Source: Pseudomonadota bacterium
Lineage (GTDB): Bacteria; Pseudomonadota; Alphaproteobacteria; Rhizobiales; Xanthobacteraceae
Direction of reading: 5' to 3'
Length of the DNA stretch: 64,000 nucleotides
Assembly (NCBI GenBank): GCA_963204905.1
Contig: CAUJJN010000203.1
Location: 1,585 to 65,584 of the forward strand
Below the pieces are notes generated by a model that did not search any database, was not told where the DNA came from, and saw only the letters and a program-made list of their open reading frames with translations. Both the position numbers and the translations under genes were made by a program. Numbering within the stretch: the first letter of the stretch is position 1; each line of letters opens with the position of its first letter. Shown in pieces: positions 35,545-45,151 of this stretch.

Positions 35545-37254
35545 TCACCCATTGATGGCCATTGTGGAATAGTTCATAGCGCCGTGCTGAACGCGGATGA
35601 TGCCATGATGCAGATAGCGATCATCCGGTTCGGGGAAGTCGTCGCGATAATGCGCGCCGCGGCTTTCCTGACGCTCGATCGCCGAAAGCACCATCGCTTC
35701 CACCGTCATCGCGGCGCTTCGCGCTTCCAGCGTATCGATGATCCGCCGATTATAGGCGGAATCGAAAGCAAGAGTCGCGCAACTGTTTTGCGCTTCCTCA
35801 ACCACCGAGCGGATGGCGTCCCGCGCCGTTCTCAGATCGTCCAATGATCGCACGACATTCAGCCCCGCATTGGCGATCGACTGCGCCTTTTCGAGCAACA
35901 CATAGGCATCAGCATTCGATCCCGATGTTTTCGCTTCGGGCGTTGCAAGTTCTCGCAAGGTTTGCGGACCGACGATCGGTCCACCGGCCTTGGCGGACTC
36001 CGCGGCGGCGCGCCCGGCCACACGCCCCTGAACCAGAAACTGGGTGCAGGCGTTCCCCGACAACCGGTTGGCGCCGTGCACACCGCCCGCGACTTCCCCA
36101 CATGCGAACAGTCCGTGAAGTGCGGTTTCGCATCGCTCATCGATGTGCACGCCCCCCATCGTGAAATGCGCCGCCGGGGCAACCTCGACCGCATAGCCTT
36201 GCTTGATGCGCGCGACCAGATCCTTGAAGTCGAAACCTTCCCAATGCCAGTTGCCGCGAAGCAACGGCTTGCCATACCACTGCGGCAGGAAGTCGAGAAT
36301 ATCCTGCGGCAGATGCGCCCATGACATGAAGACGCCACCGCCCGGTCCACCGCGTCCCTCCTGCACCTCACGCACACAGGCCCGTGAGAGAATGTCGCGG
36401 GTCGACATCTCCATGCGCTCGGCATCATAGCGCGCCATGAAGCGCTCGCCGTACTTGTTCAAGAGCCACGCGCGCGTCCCGCTTTGCGGCCCGATGATCC
36501 AAGGAAACTGGATGCCGCGCCACAGCGGTGGATTGACCAGACAGCAAGGCAGAAATTGAATCATTTCCATGTCGACGAGCGCGGCGCCGGCCTGCAACGC
36601 CAGCACGTAACCGTCGCCGACCAGTTCTTCCGGAACAGTGCGGAATGGATGCACCATTCCGCCACCACCAGCCGCAATGATCACGGCTCCCGCGGCAATC
36701 GTCCGCCGGATGCCGGATCGCATGTCATAGCCGGAAACACCAACGGCGCAGCCGTTGTCCCGCAGGATATCGGTAACATAAAACTCGTCGCGATACTTCA
36801 CACCTGCCGCAGAGGCCTTCTTCGACAGCAACTGAAGCATCTGCATTCCCGAAACAAGAACGCCGCGGGGAGAGCGGTGGCCCGGGGCATGGCCGATCCC
36901 GACCACCTTCAATCCAGCCGCCATCAAGGAACTGACTTCCGATCCCACATCGGACACCATGGCCTGGGCCAATCGTCGATCGTTGAGATAGCCGCCGCCC
37001 TTCAGGGTATCTTCATAGAAGAGCGCCTGATTGTCGGTGCTTTTCCGCGAGAGCCCCAGGTCATGGATGGTTGTGCCGTCGACCGAGATATCACCGGTGA
37101 TGGTGGCGGTCGCGCCGGAACGTCCGGTCTGCCCTTTGGAGAGAACGAGAACCGAGCATCCGCGGGCGGCGGCTTCCTGCGCGGCGACAAGACCAGCAGC
37201 CCCGCTCCCGATCACCACGACATCCACACGCGGAATGCTGCTCGCCATGCTCAT
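35545..37254 (-). CDS. FAD-dependent oxidoreductase of the succinate dehydrogenase/fumarate reductase/L-aspartate oxidase flavoprotein family
   Basis: Start MSMASSIPRVDVVVIGSGAAGLVAAQEAA.. at ATG 37254 (ATGA overlap at 37251-37254). ..APAAHFTMGGVHID.. and ..GLFACGEVAGGVHGANRLSGNA.. are typical of the family. The covalent-FAD His motif is not evident (..GRSGATATITG..). Confidence 0.85.
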   Translation of the reverse strand: MSMASSIPRVDVVVIGSGAAGLVAAQEAAARGCSVLVLSKGQTGRSGATATITGDISVDGTTIHDLGLSRKSTDNQALFYEDTLKGGGYLNDRRLAQAMVSDVGSEVSSLMAAGLKVVGIGHAPGHRSPRGVLVSGMQMLQLLSKKASAAGVKYRDEFYVTDILRDNGCAVGVSGYDMRSGIRRTIAAGAVIIAAGGGGMVHPFRTVPEELVGDGYVLALQAGAALVDMEMIQFLPCCLVNPPLWRGIQFPWIIGPQSGTRAWLLNKYGERFMARYDAERMEMSTRDILSRACVREVQEGRGGPGGGVFMSWAHLPQDILDFLPQWYGKPLLRGNWHWEGFDFKDLVARIKQGYAVEVAPAAHFTMGGVHIDERCETALHGLFACGEVAGGVHGANRLSGNACTQFLVQGRVAGRAAAESAKAGGPIVGPQTLRELATPEAKTSGSNADAYVLLEKAQSIANAGLNVVRSLDDLRTARDAIRSVVEEAQNSCATLAFDSAYNRRIIDTLEARSAAMTVEAMVLSAIERQESRGAHYRDDFPEPDDRYLHHGIIRVQHGAMNYSTMAING

Positions 37255-38636
37255 TTCTCCGCCAGTCGCGCGCGCAGGTCGGCAAACAACTCGCGTGCAT
37301 AACCGCCCCGACTCAATTGACCGAGACTGTCGTAGATCGAAACCGCCATCGTGCTCGGGATCAGTTCGGCGGCGCAACCCATGAACTTGTCCCGCAGTTG
37401 GACGTCGCTCAGCGGATCACTCGGCATCCCGCGCGCGGCCAACACTCTATGATCGATGCGACGGCCATCATGAAGTTCCACCGAAATCGCGGCGGCTTCC
37501 GGATAGCGGCCGGCGTCATCCGCTTCCATAATATCATCAGCGCGCAACATCGACACTTTCGCCATCTCCGCACGCAGCTCCGGCGCATTCAGAACGTCAT
37601 CCTTCAATTGACGAACGCCACATTCCCCATAAGCCAAAAGACATCCAATAGCGAAGGGCAAGCTGAACTGGGCTTCGGTCAGATTGGTCGGATTCGGATA
37701 TCGCAAATTCTCGGCGACCAGCGGCGCGACCCGACATGTCACTGTCTTCACGTCTCGCGCGGTGAAGCGGTGCCGTTGCAGCAGCTCCTGAACTGCCTGA
37801 CATGCGGCCTGTGTGCCGGAACATGCGGGATAGGCCTTGAAAGCAATCCCGGAGTCGCGCAGCGCATAGTATCGGCCGATCTCCGACAGCTTCTCACGAT
37901 CCAGCACGCCACGATTGAATGCCGCGGCAAGACCGGCAGGGTGCTCGATCGCGAACAGCGGCCCACTCGCTCCGGCCCGTGCCAACAGCGCGGCGCGGAC
38001 CCCAGCCTGTGCCGCGGTGCCGGCCCCGATCGGATTCGCATCCGTGCCCAGCAGTGTCCGCGTGCCGAACGTGAGGCTGGTCGCAATCGCCATGGCGTGC
38101 GCACTTCCGGCTTCTCCAAGATCCAGCGCCCGCGCGGCACCGGCCGCGGCACCGATCGAGCCAAGCGTCGCTGTCGTCCACCAGCCGCCCCAGAACACAT
38201 CCGTCAGCGCGCGCCCGAGCGCATAGGTGACTTCCGAGCCCGCGACAAAAGCGGCGAAAATGTCCGCCGTCGTGGCATCGGCTTCTTCCGCACAGGCGAG
38301 CACTGCGGGAAGGATAACACAGGAGGCGTGCAGAATGCCGTCGTAGCAGGTGTCGTCGAAATCCAACACATGCGCCGCGACGCCATTGGCAAACGCCGCG
38401 CCGGCCGGCTTGAGTGACCTTCTCCCGGCAAATATCGTCGCATGCCCGGGCTGACAATCCTCCTCGCTCATGAGGGCGACGCGCTGGCTCAACGGCTTTC
38501 CTGCCCCGGCCAACATCACGCCGACCGTATCGATGATCGCGCGGGTGGCAGCGCGCGTGATCTCCGCGTCAAGCTGAGTAGCGCTGAGATTTGCGCTCCA
38601 GCTTGCGAGGCGTTGGATCAAGGACTGCTCCGACAC
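37251..38636 (-). CDS. MmgE/PrpD-family protein (2-methylcitrate dehydratase-like)
   Basis: ..LIQRLASWSANLSATQLDAEITRAATRAIIDTVGVMLAGAG.. is a typical PrpD N-terminus. I prefer GTG 38636, which is preceded by AGGAG with a 9-nt spacer and lies just after the upstream TAA (38641). The ORF-track ATG 38693 would overlap the upstream gene by 53 nt. Confidence 0.85.
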   Translation of the reverse strand: MSEQSLIQRLASWSANLSATQLDAEITRAATRAIIDTVGVMLAGAGKPLSQRVALMSEEDCQPGHATIFAGRRSLKPAGAAFANGVAAHVLDFDDTCYDGILHASCVILPAVLACAEEADATTADIFAAFVAGSEVTYALGRALTDVFWGGWWTTATLGSIGAAAGAARALDLGEAGSAHAMAIATSLTFGTRTLLGTDANPIGAGTAAQAGVRAALLARAGASGPLFAIEHPAGLAAAFNRGVLDREKLSEIGRYYALRDSGIAFKAYPACSGTQAACQAVQELLQRHRFTARDVKTVTCRVAPLVAENLRYPNPTNLTEAQFSLPFAIGCLLAYGECGVRQLKDDVLNAPELRAEMAKVSMLRADDIMEADDAGRYPEAAAISVELHDGRRIDHRVLAARGMPSDPLSDVQLRDKFMGCAAELIPSTMAVSIYDSLGQLSRGGYARELFADLRARLAEK

Positions 38637-38640
38637 GTCG

Positions 38641-39405
38641 TTACGCTCCTGCCGCCGCTGCACGGCTTCGATCAGACTGTCGCCCTTGCGCATAGGCGAG
38701 GATGCGCTTCTTCAGTCCAGGTCGACTGGCGCTACGGGTCAGCAACGCCAAGTCCCTATCGCTTTCGTCCCGGCGCGATGCCTCGTTAAGCGCCCGCAAC
38801 GTAACGGTATCGACCGAAATCGTCGGAAGGCCGGCGAGAACCGTATCGACAGAACTGATATCGTCAGACACATGGGTTACAAGTCCCGCAGCGACAGCCT
38901 CCGCAAACGTGAACTCGACCCCCGTCGTGGTCCACAGCCGCGCCTTGTCCTCTCCGACACGAACGGCCAGTCGCCGCGTTCCCAGTACCAGACCGAATCC
39001 CGCACCCGGAAATCGAAACCGACATTCCGCCGGCGCGATCCGGACATCGCAAGCTGTGAAAAGATCGGCTCCCGCCCCCCACGTCCGCCCGGTGCCGATG
39101 GCGACGGTGCGCAACCGCGTTCCCCAGATCATGCTCAGCAGCGTTTCGATCCGCACGAAGCGATGCAGTAAATCACCGTCGCTATGCTGCTCGATGCCTT
39201 GAAGATCGAACCCGGTGCAGAAATGCCGTCCGGCGCCTCGTAGAACCACGGTATCGATATTCGCATCAGACTCGGCCGCCGCGAGCGCTTCAATCAGGCC
39301 CTCCACCAGCGTGGCAGACAAGGCGTTGCCGTGATCGGGACGGTTGAGTTCGATCTGCACTGTGGCTCTGGCGCAGGTCACTCGAGCGAAGCTGCCATCC
39401 GTCAT
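38641..39405 (-). CDS. Enoyl-CoA hydratase/isomerase (crotonase) family protein
   Basis: Homologous start MTDGSFARVTCARATVQIELNRPDHGNALS.. at ATG 39405, 8 nt after the upstream stop. ..VVLRGAGRHFCTGFDL.. is the oxyanion-hole region. Confidence 0.85.
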   Translation of the reverse strand: MTDGSFARVTCARATVQIELNRPDHGNALSATLVEGLIEALAAAESDANIDTVVLRGAGRHFCTGFDLQGIEQHSDGDLLHRFVRIETLLSMIWGTRLRTVAIGTGRTWGAGADLFTACDVRIAPAECRFRFPGAGFGLVLGTRRLAVRVGEDKARLWTTTGVEFTFAEAVAAGLVTHVSDDISSVDTVLAGLPTISVDTVTLRALNEASRRDESDRDLALLTRSASRPGLKKRILAYAQGRQSDRSRAAAAGA

Positions 39406-39413
39406 GTCATCAA

Positions 39414-40601
39414 CTACCCGACAAATATCTGCGACGCGGCCGCCACATCCTGAAGCAGATCGTTCGCGTCCTCGAGCCCCGCATGGAATCGGATGATATG
39501 GCCCTTGGGCGGCGTCGACGCCGTACGAAGCATCGCGGCGTTCTCCAGCCGCGCGAGGCTTTCGAAACCACCCCACGACGAACCGATTCCGAACAGCCGG
39601 AGGGCATTGACGAAAGCAATCGCCCGCCGCTCGTCGAACTCCGGTTTCAACTCAATCGAAAACAAACCGGATCCGCCGGCAAAGTCCCGCCGCCAGATGG
39701 CATGTCCGTCATGCTCGGGACTCGCGGGATAATAGGTCCGTCGCACGAACGGTTGCGCCTTGAACCAGTCGACCAGCCGCGACGCATGATCTGCATGCGC
39801 CTTCATCCGAACGGCTAGTGTGCGCAAGCCGCGCAACACCTGGTAGGCATCGTCAGGCGATGCCGACACGCCAGTCAATTCGGCCATGTCATTGATCAAC
39901 GGCCACGTCGCCTGGTTCGCGACCACGGCGCCCAGCAGCACATCCGAATGCCCATTGAGATACTTCGTCGCCGAGACGACCGAGATATCGGCACCAAGCG
40001 CGAGCGGTTTGTAAAGCCAGCCGGACGCCCAGGTATTGTCGACGGCAAGCCATGCGCCGGCGGCCTTCGCTACCGACGCGATGCGAGGCAGATCAGCGAT
40101 CTCGAACAGAACGGATCCCGGTATCTCAAGGTAGATCAGACGCGTGTTTTCGCGCAGCAATGTCTCGATATCCGAGCCATCTGCGCGACAAAAATCAAAA
40201 TCGACGCCATGCCGCTTGAGTGCATTGATCGCGAATTTCCGAACCGGGCCATAGACGCCATCGCTGACGACCGCATGATCGCCGGCTTTCAAAGTGGAGA
40301 GAAACACCAGCACATTGGCAGCCAGCCCAGACGATGTGAGCCGCGCGCAGTGTCCCTGCTCCATTTCCACCAGAGCATCTTCCAGATGGAATCCGGTTTG
40401 GCTGCCGCGCCGACCGTAAGCGCGGGCTCGCTCTCCCTTCGCGCGCGATGCTTCCACATCGCGCATCGCTTCGACGGTTCCATAGAGATAGGTCGATGCC
40501 CGCTCGATGGACGGGTTCACCGCGGAGCCATTGGACGAGGACCGCCCCATATGGACAAGACGAGATGAGCGGCCGACCTTCTGAGAGGAATCGTCGTTCA
40601 T
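39414..40601 (-). CDS. Cys/Met-metabolism PLP-dependent enzyme (cystathionine beta-lyase / C-S lyase-like)
   Basis: 395 aa. PLP-lysine region ..DISVVSATKYLNGHSDVLLG... N-terminal ..RLVHMGR..VNPSIERASTY.. is typical of the MetC/MetB family. Confidence 0.85.
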   Translation of the reverse strand: MNDDSSQKVGRSSRLVHMGRSSSNGSAVNPSIERASTYLYGTVEAMRDVEASRAKGERARAYGRRGSQTGFHLEDALVEMEQGHCARLTSSGLAANVLVFLSTLKAGDHAVVSDGVYGPVRKFAINALKRHGVDFDFCRADGSDIETLLRENTRLIYLEIPGSVLFEIADLPRIASVAKAAGAWLAVDNTWASGWLYKPLALGADISVVSATKYLNGHSDVLLGAVVANQATWPLINDMAELTGVSASPDDAYQVLRGLRTLAVRMKAHADHASRLVDWFKAQPFVRRTYYPASPEHDGHAIWRRDFAGGSGLFSIELKPEFDERRAIAFVNALRLFGIGSSWGGFESLARLENAAMLRTASTPPKGHIIRFHAGLEDANDLLQDVAAASQIFVG

Positions 40602-40611
40602 GCGCGCGACC

Positions 40612-41757
40612 TCACGCCCCTCCCGCGCTCAGTTCGGTCATCACTTCCCGCGTATGCTCGCCGAGCGCCGGCGGTTGACGATAGATATCGAACTGAAGAC
40701 CCGAGATTTGGATAGGACTCTTAAACGTGCTGGTCTGATGCCCGCCCGGCAGATCGATCGGCTGGACCCAGCCGTAATGAGCAACCTGCTCGTCGGCGAG
40801 GGCTTGAGAATATGTATTGATCGGCGCGCACGGTACACCGCAATCCCGCATCATCGCCAACCACCTTTCGGCCGGCTGCTTCATGAACTCGATTTCGAGA
40901 ATCTCCCGAAGCTCCTCCTGGTTCTGCGCCCGAAGCAGCGATGTCAGAAACCGCGGATCATTCACGAGATCCGGCTTGCCGACAACCTCACACGTCCGCC
41001 GGAACAGATCGTTGTTGCCGGCCGCCAACACGAAATGGCCATCACTGCACCGAAACGCCTGATACGGAGCGTTGCGAGGATGAGCCGAGCCGAGCTTTTT
41101 CGGATCTTTGCCGCTGCCGAAGTACTCGCTCACTTGAAGTGCTGCAATTCCCAACATGACACCGAGCATCGGCACATCGATGTGCCCTCCGATGCCTTCC
41201 TTTTCGACCCGCCGCACCATCGCGGCGACGGAATAAGCGGCGTAGAGACCGGCCGCGAAGTCCGCAACCGGAACGCCGCATTTCACCGGCGCACCGTCGG
41301 ATTCTCCCGTCACGCTCATCACGCCTGCGACAGCCTGGAGGGTGACGTCGAAGCCGCCTTCTCGCGCCCGCGGCCCTTGCTGGCCGTACGCCGAGATCGA
41401 ACAATAGATTAGTTTCGGCGCCAGCTTGCTAAGCTCGGCATAACCCAGGCCAAGCCTCGGCAACACGCTCGGCCGGAAGTTTTCCAGAACGACGTCCGAT
41501 TGCAGACAGAGTTCTCGGGCGCGAGCCAGATCATGCTCGTTTTTGAGATCCAGAACGACCGAGCGCTTGTTTCTGTTTAACGAGGCGAAGTTCTCCGAAT
41601 AGCCGCCGGACAACGGCGGCCAGCTTCGCATACCATCGCCATCGGGAGATTCGATTTTGATAACATCGGCACCCATATCCGCCAGCAGCATGCCGGCAAA
41701 TGGACCCGCAGCAATCTGACAGAACTCGACGACCTTGATTCCAGCCAGGGGAAGCAT
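40612..41757 (-). CDS. Family III CoA-transferase (CaiB/BaiF family)
   Basis: Homologous start MLPLAGIKVVEFCQIAAGPFAGMLLADMGADVIKIE.. at ATG 41757. The ORF-track start 41922 overlaps the upstream gene. Confidence 0.9.
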   Translation of the reverse strand: MLPLAGIKVVEFCQIAAGPFAGMLLADMGADVIKIESPDGDGMRSWPPLSGGYSENFASLNRNKRSVVLDLKNEHDLARARELCLQSDVVLENFRPSVLPRLGLGYAELSKLAPKLIYCSISAYGQQGPRAREGGFDVTLQAVAGVMSVTGESDGAPVKCGVPVADFAAGLYAAYSVAAMVRRVEKEGIGGHIDVPMLGVMLGIAALQVSEYFGSGKDPKKLGSAHPRNAPYQAFRCSDGHFVLAAGNNDLFRRTCEVVGKPDLVNDPRFLTSLLRAQNQEELREILEIEFMKQPAERWLAMMRDCGVPCAPINTYSQALADEQVAHYGWVQPIDLPGGHQTSTFKSPIQISGLQFDIYRQPPALGEHTREVMTELSAGGA

Positions 41758-41794
41758 TTTTGTTCTCTTTATTTTCTCTTGAATGCGACCATCG

Positions 41795-42604
41795 TCACGA
41801 AACATCGAGTCCGAGGTGATGGACCTCAGGCACGCCGGCTGTTCGCCCTCCATCAACCGGAAGAGCAACACCGGTGATGTACTGAGCCTCGTCAGAGGCC
41901 AGGAAGAGCGTCGCCGCCGCAATGTCGTCCGCCGCCCCGATGCGTCCCAGGGGAATTACGAGTTCCGTGCGGCGCCAGTTCTGTTCACACTGTCCGGATG
42001 ACGCAAGCGCACCGCGAAGCATCGGAGTGTCGATCGAGCCGGGGCAGATACAGTTTACGCGAATGTTCTGTTTTGCCAGCGACAGCGCCATCGATTTCGT
42101 CAGCGACACGACGCCTGCCTTGGTCGCACCGTACATCGGCTGCCAGGGGCGACCGACAATGCCGGCATTCGACGCATCGTGAACAATCGCGCCGCCGCCG
42201 GCTTTCTCCATGTGTGGAATGGCGGCCTGACTGAACAGCATCAACCCCTTGAGATTGACGCTGACGAGGAAATCGACATCGTCAACGGTGGTCTCGACGA
42301 AGGGGCGCGTCAACGTCACGCCAGCGTTGTTGACCAGGATATTGACGCCTCCCAACTCCTTGACGACAGCGTCGACGAACCTCGAAATGTCGGCTGCGCT
42401 GGTGACGTCGCCAGGCATGGCGACGACACCAGCGCCTTTCTTCGACAACTCCTCAGCCGTCGCTTTGAGCGCTTCGGAATCCTTGTCGAACACGCCAACA
42501 GCAGCGCCTTCACGTGCAAACATATGAGCTGTCGCGGCACCGATACCCTTCGCCGCACCGGTAATGATAGCAACCTTGCCCTGTAATCTCGTTCCAGTGG
42601 TCAT
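41795..42604 (-). CDS. Short-chain dehydrogenase/reductase (SDR) family oxidoreductase
   Basis: ..LQGKVAIITGAAKGIGAATA.. (TGxxxGxG), NNAG, and catalytic ..YGATKAGV.. (YxxxK). Start is ATG 42604, or ATG 42628 (1-nt overlap with the cupin stop). Confidence 0.9.
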   Translation of the reverse strand: MTTGTRLQGKVAIITGAAKGIGAATAHMFAREGAAVGVFDKDSEALKATAEELSKKGAGVVAMPGDVTSAADISRFVDAVVKELGGVNILVNNAGVTLTRPFVETTVDDVDFLVSVNLKGLMLFSQAAIPHMEKAGGGAIVHDASNAGIVGRPWQPMYGATKAGVVSLTKSMALSLAKQNIRVNCICPGSIDTPMLRGALASSGQCEQNWRRTELVIPLGRIGAADDIAAATLFLASDEAQYITGVALPVDGGRTAGVPEVHHLGLDVS

Positions 42605-42627
42605 TGCATTCTCTTGGGGTTGGACCA

Positions 42628-43092
42628 TCAATCCAGCTTGGCCGGGCCAGCGGGCTCAAATTGATCGAGGCGGGAGATTCCCATAAAGATCGGAATCGGC
42701 CACGCTTCGATTTGCAGGATTCTCGCTCGCTTCTCGGAATCGCGATTGATGTGACGATGAGGCACGTTCGGCGGCATATAGAATGTATCGCCCTCCTCCC
42801 AATCGATCACCTGGTCGCCGATAATCTCACGCCCTTTGCCTTCGAGAACGAACGCGGCCGCTTCGAATGTATGCTGGTGCAGGCCCGACATTCGACCCGG
42901 CGGAATTTCCGTGATCATCGCGCCAAAGAACTTGGCGTTCATACCGGTTGTTTCATCGATCAGAACCGCATTTTTTCCCTGCGGGCTCTCGTGCCACTGA
43001 ACGTCTTTCGCCTTGATGATCAGCTTGCCGCGATAAGTATAGGTCTCGGCCTGGCGTCGCATCAGGCTCTCATAGAAAGTCTCGCCACTCAT
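42628..43092 (-). CDS. Cupin-domain protein (metal-binding, 3-His-1-Glu type)
   Basis: 154 aa. Cupin motif 1 ..GLHQHTFEAAAFVLEGKG.. (HxH...E). Cupin motif 2 ..GDTFYMPPNVPHRHIN.. Confidence 0.8.
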   Translation of the reverse strand: MSGETFYESLMRRQAETYTYRGKLIIKAKDVQWHESPQGKNAVLIDETTGMNAKFFGAMITEIPPGRMSGLHQHTFEAAAFVLEGKGREIIGDQVIDWEEGDTFYMPPNVPHRHINRDSEKRARILQIEAWPIPIFMGISRLDQFEPAGPAKLD

Positions 43093-43110
43093 CTTGAAAC
43101 CCTTTCGCGT

Positions 43111-43503
43111 TCAGTCGCACTTCGCAATCGCTTCGATCTCGACGACGAAGCCGCCGAGAAGTCCAGCCTGCAACGTGGTGCGTGCCGGGTAGGATGGTCC
43201 CTTGAACACTTCCTGAAATGCTTCGTTGAAACCGATGTAGTCGGTCGGGAAGTTCGGCAGAATGCAGGTCAGCTTCATGATCCTGTCGATCGAGCTGCCG
43301 GATGCTTCGAGAACCATCTTCAGGTTCTTCAGCGTCTGGCGGGTCTGCTCCTTGATGTCGCCGAGCACCGGCGCGCCCTTTTCTCCGTCGTAGGCAACCT
43401 GGCCCGCGACATAAACGACGTCACCATCCTTGACGGCTTGTGAGAACGGGCCCGGCGGCATTGTCGGTATTGCGGTTTTGATAACCTGCATTTTCTTCTC
43501 CAT
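43111..43503 (-). CDS. RidA/YjgF/UK114-family protein
   Basis: 130 aa. ..PGPFSQAVKDGDVVYVAGQVAYD..IKEQTRQTLKNLKMVLEASG.. and ..PARTTLQAGLLGGFVVEIEAIA. Confidence 0.85.
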   Translation of the reverse strand: MEKKMQVIKTAIPTMPPGPFSQAVKDGDVVYVAGQVAYDGEKGAPVLGDIKEQTRQTLKNLKMVLEASGSSIDRIMKLTCILPNFPTDYIGFNEAFQEVFKGPSYPARTTLQAGLLGGFVVEIEAIAKCD

Positions 43504-43518
43504 TTGCAGTGTGAAAAT

Positions 43519-44355
43519 TTAGAGCCCGGCTCCCAGTTCCTGGCTCCTGCGAAGCGAGCTACCCTTGACGAAGAGGCGCTCCGCGAGTTCGACGGCGAGG
43601 AAGAACAGAAAACCAAGAACGATGAGCCAGATGATCGCGGCGAACACCATCACCATGTCGAGATTGGCGCGCGCATCCACCAGCACATAACCAAGCCCGG
43701 AATCCGAGGCGACGAATTCGGCCACGATGGCGCCGACCACCGCGAAGGTCATGGCGATCTTCAACCCCGAGAAGATATGTGGCATTGCCGTCGGCAGCCG
43801 GACCTTCCAGAATGATTGCCATCGCGTCGCCCCCATCGAACGCAGCAGCATCAAGCTTTCCGGACGAACCGTGGACAATCCTGCAAGCGTATCGATCACG
43901 ATCGGAAACAACGCGATCAGAAAGGTCATGACCACCTTCGGGAACATGCCGAACCCGAACCAGACGATGAACAGCGGCGCCAACGCGACCTTCGGCAGAA
44001 CCTGTGCGACGATAAGCAGCGGATAGATCGCGCGCCGTAGCGGCTCTGAGAACGTCATGACGGTCGCAAGCGGAATGCCGATCGCGAAGGCCCAAATGAA
44101 GCCGAGAAAAATCGCCCAACTCGTGGAGATCGCATGCTTGAGCAGATACTGATGCTGCGCGATCGCGGTATGGAAGATCGAGCTCGGCGGAGGCAAAATG
44201 TAGACCGGCACGGAAAAAAACCTGACGATTCCTTCCCACAGCAGTACCGATACCAGCAGACTGCACACGGGCACCAGAAAGCCGAAGCCTTTCAATTTTT
44301 TGGTGACAGTTTTCTCCGGGGTAGATTGGATCTGATTCATCACCGTCTCAGTCAT
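43519..44355 (-). CDS. NitT/TauT-family (sulfonate/nitrate/taurine-type) ABC transporter permease
   Basis: Start MTETVMNQIQ.. at ATG 44355, with an 8-nt overlap on the ATPase stop. Six hydrophobic segments and a BPD-transporter loop ..RSMGATRWQSFWKVRLPTAMP.. Confidence 0.9.
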   Translation of the reverse strand: MTETVMNQIQSTPEKTVTKKLKGFGFLVPVCSLLVSVLLWEGIVRFFSVPVYILPPPSSIFHTAIAQHQYLLKHAISTSWAIFLGFIWAFAIGIPLATVMTFSEPLRRAIYPLLIVAQVLPKVALAPLFIVWFGFGMFPKVVMTFLIALFPIVIDTLAGLSTVRPESLMLLRSMGATRWQSFWKVRLPTAMPHIFSGLKIAMTFAVVGAIVAEFVASDSGLGYVLVDARANLDMVMVFAAIIWLIVLGFLFFLAVELAERLFVKGSSLRRSQELGAGL

Positions 44356-45151
44356 TTGAGAAAACTCCAAGCGCCTTAAAGCGCGCTCGTAGGTGGGCGG
44401 TGTACTCATTGAATTGGGGCGTATCCCGCACATCGAGGTTTCGCGGACGGGGCAAATCAATATGCAGGTCCTCAACCACGCTGGCTGGCCGCGCGCTCAT
44501 GACGATGACGCGGTCGGACATGAACACCGCCTCGTCGATGCTGTGCGTCACCAGAACCGCAGTTTTCTTCGACTGCATCCAGATACGTTGGAGATCTGCA
44601 TTCATCTGATCCCGCGTCATGGCATCGAGCGCTCCGAATGGCTCGTCCATCAGCAGGATTTCGGGATCATGGATCAACGCGCGGCACAACGCGACGCGCT
44701 GCTTCATACCGCCTGACAGTTCATCAGGATACTTGTTCTCAAAATCCTTCAGGCCGACCTGCGCCAAAAGCTTTCGTGCGATCGGAAGATAGGTTTTAAC
44801 GTCGAGCCCCCTGATCTCCATTTGCAGCATGATATTCTGCAACGCAGTCCGCCAATCCAGCAGCTCAGCGTTCTGAAAGACGATCCCGAGATTGGTGTAG
44901 GGCGCACGGATCGACACGTCGTCGATCCGCACTTCACCTTCGGACGGCGTGGCCAAGCCAGCGATGAGCGACATCAATGTCGTCTTGCCGCAACCGCTCG
45001 GGCCCAGCAGAGACACAAATTCTCCCCGTTTAATCTTCAGATCGACCCGTGCGAGCGCGTGCACGGAGCCCGTATCCGTTTCGTAGGTCTTCGCGACCGC
45101 ACGAAGATCGATCAGAGGGCTCTCATTTGCCGTGGCCACCGCAAGGTTCAT
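44348..45151 (-). CDS. NitT/TauT-family ABC transporter ATP-binding protein
   Basis: 267 aa. GPSGCGKTT, LSGGMKQRVALCRAL, ILLMDEPFGALD. The ATG overlaps the binding-protein stop (ATGA at 45148-45151). Confidence 0.9.
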   Translation of the reverse strand: MNLAVATANESPLIDLRAVAKTYETDTGSVHALARVDLKIKRGEFVSLLGPSGCGKTTLMSLIAGLATPSEGEVRIDDVSIRAPYTNLGIVFQNAELLDWRTALQNIMLQMEIRGLDVKTYLPIARKLLAQVGLKDFENKYPDELSGGMKQRVALCRALIHDPEILLMDEPFGALDAMTRDQMNADLQRIWMQSKKTAVLVTHSIDEAVFMSDRVIVMSARPASVVEDLHIDLPRPRNLDVRDTPQFNEYTAHLRARFKALGVFSND

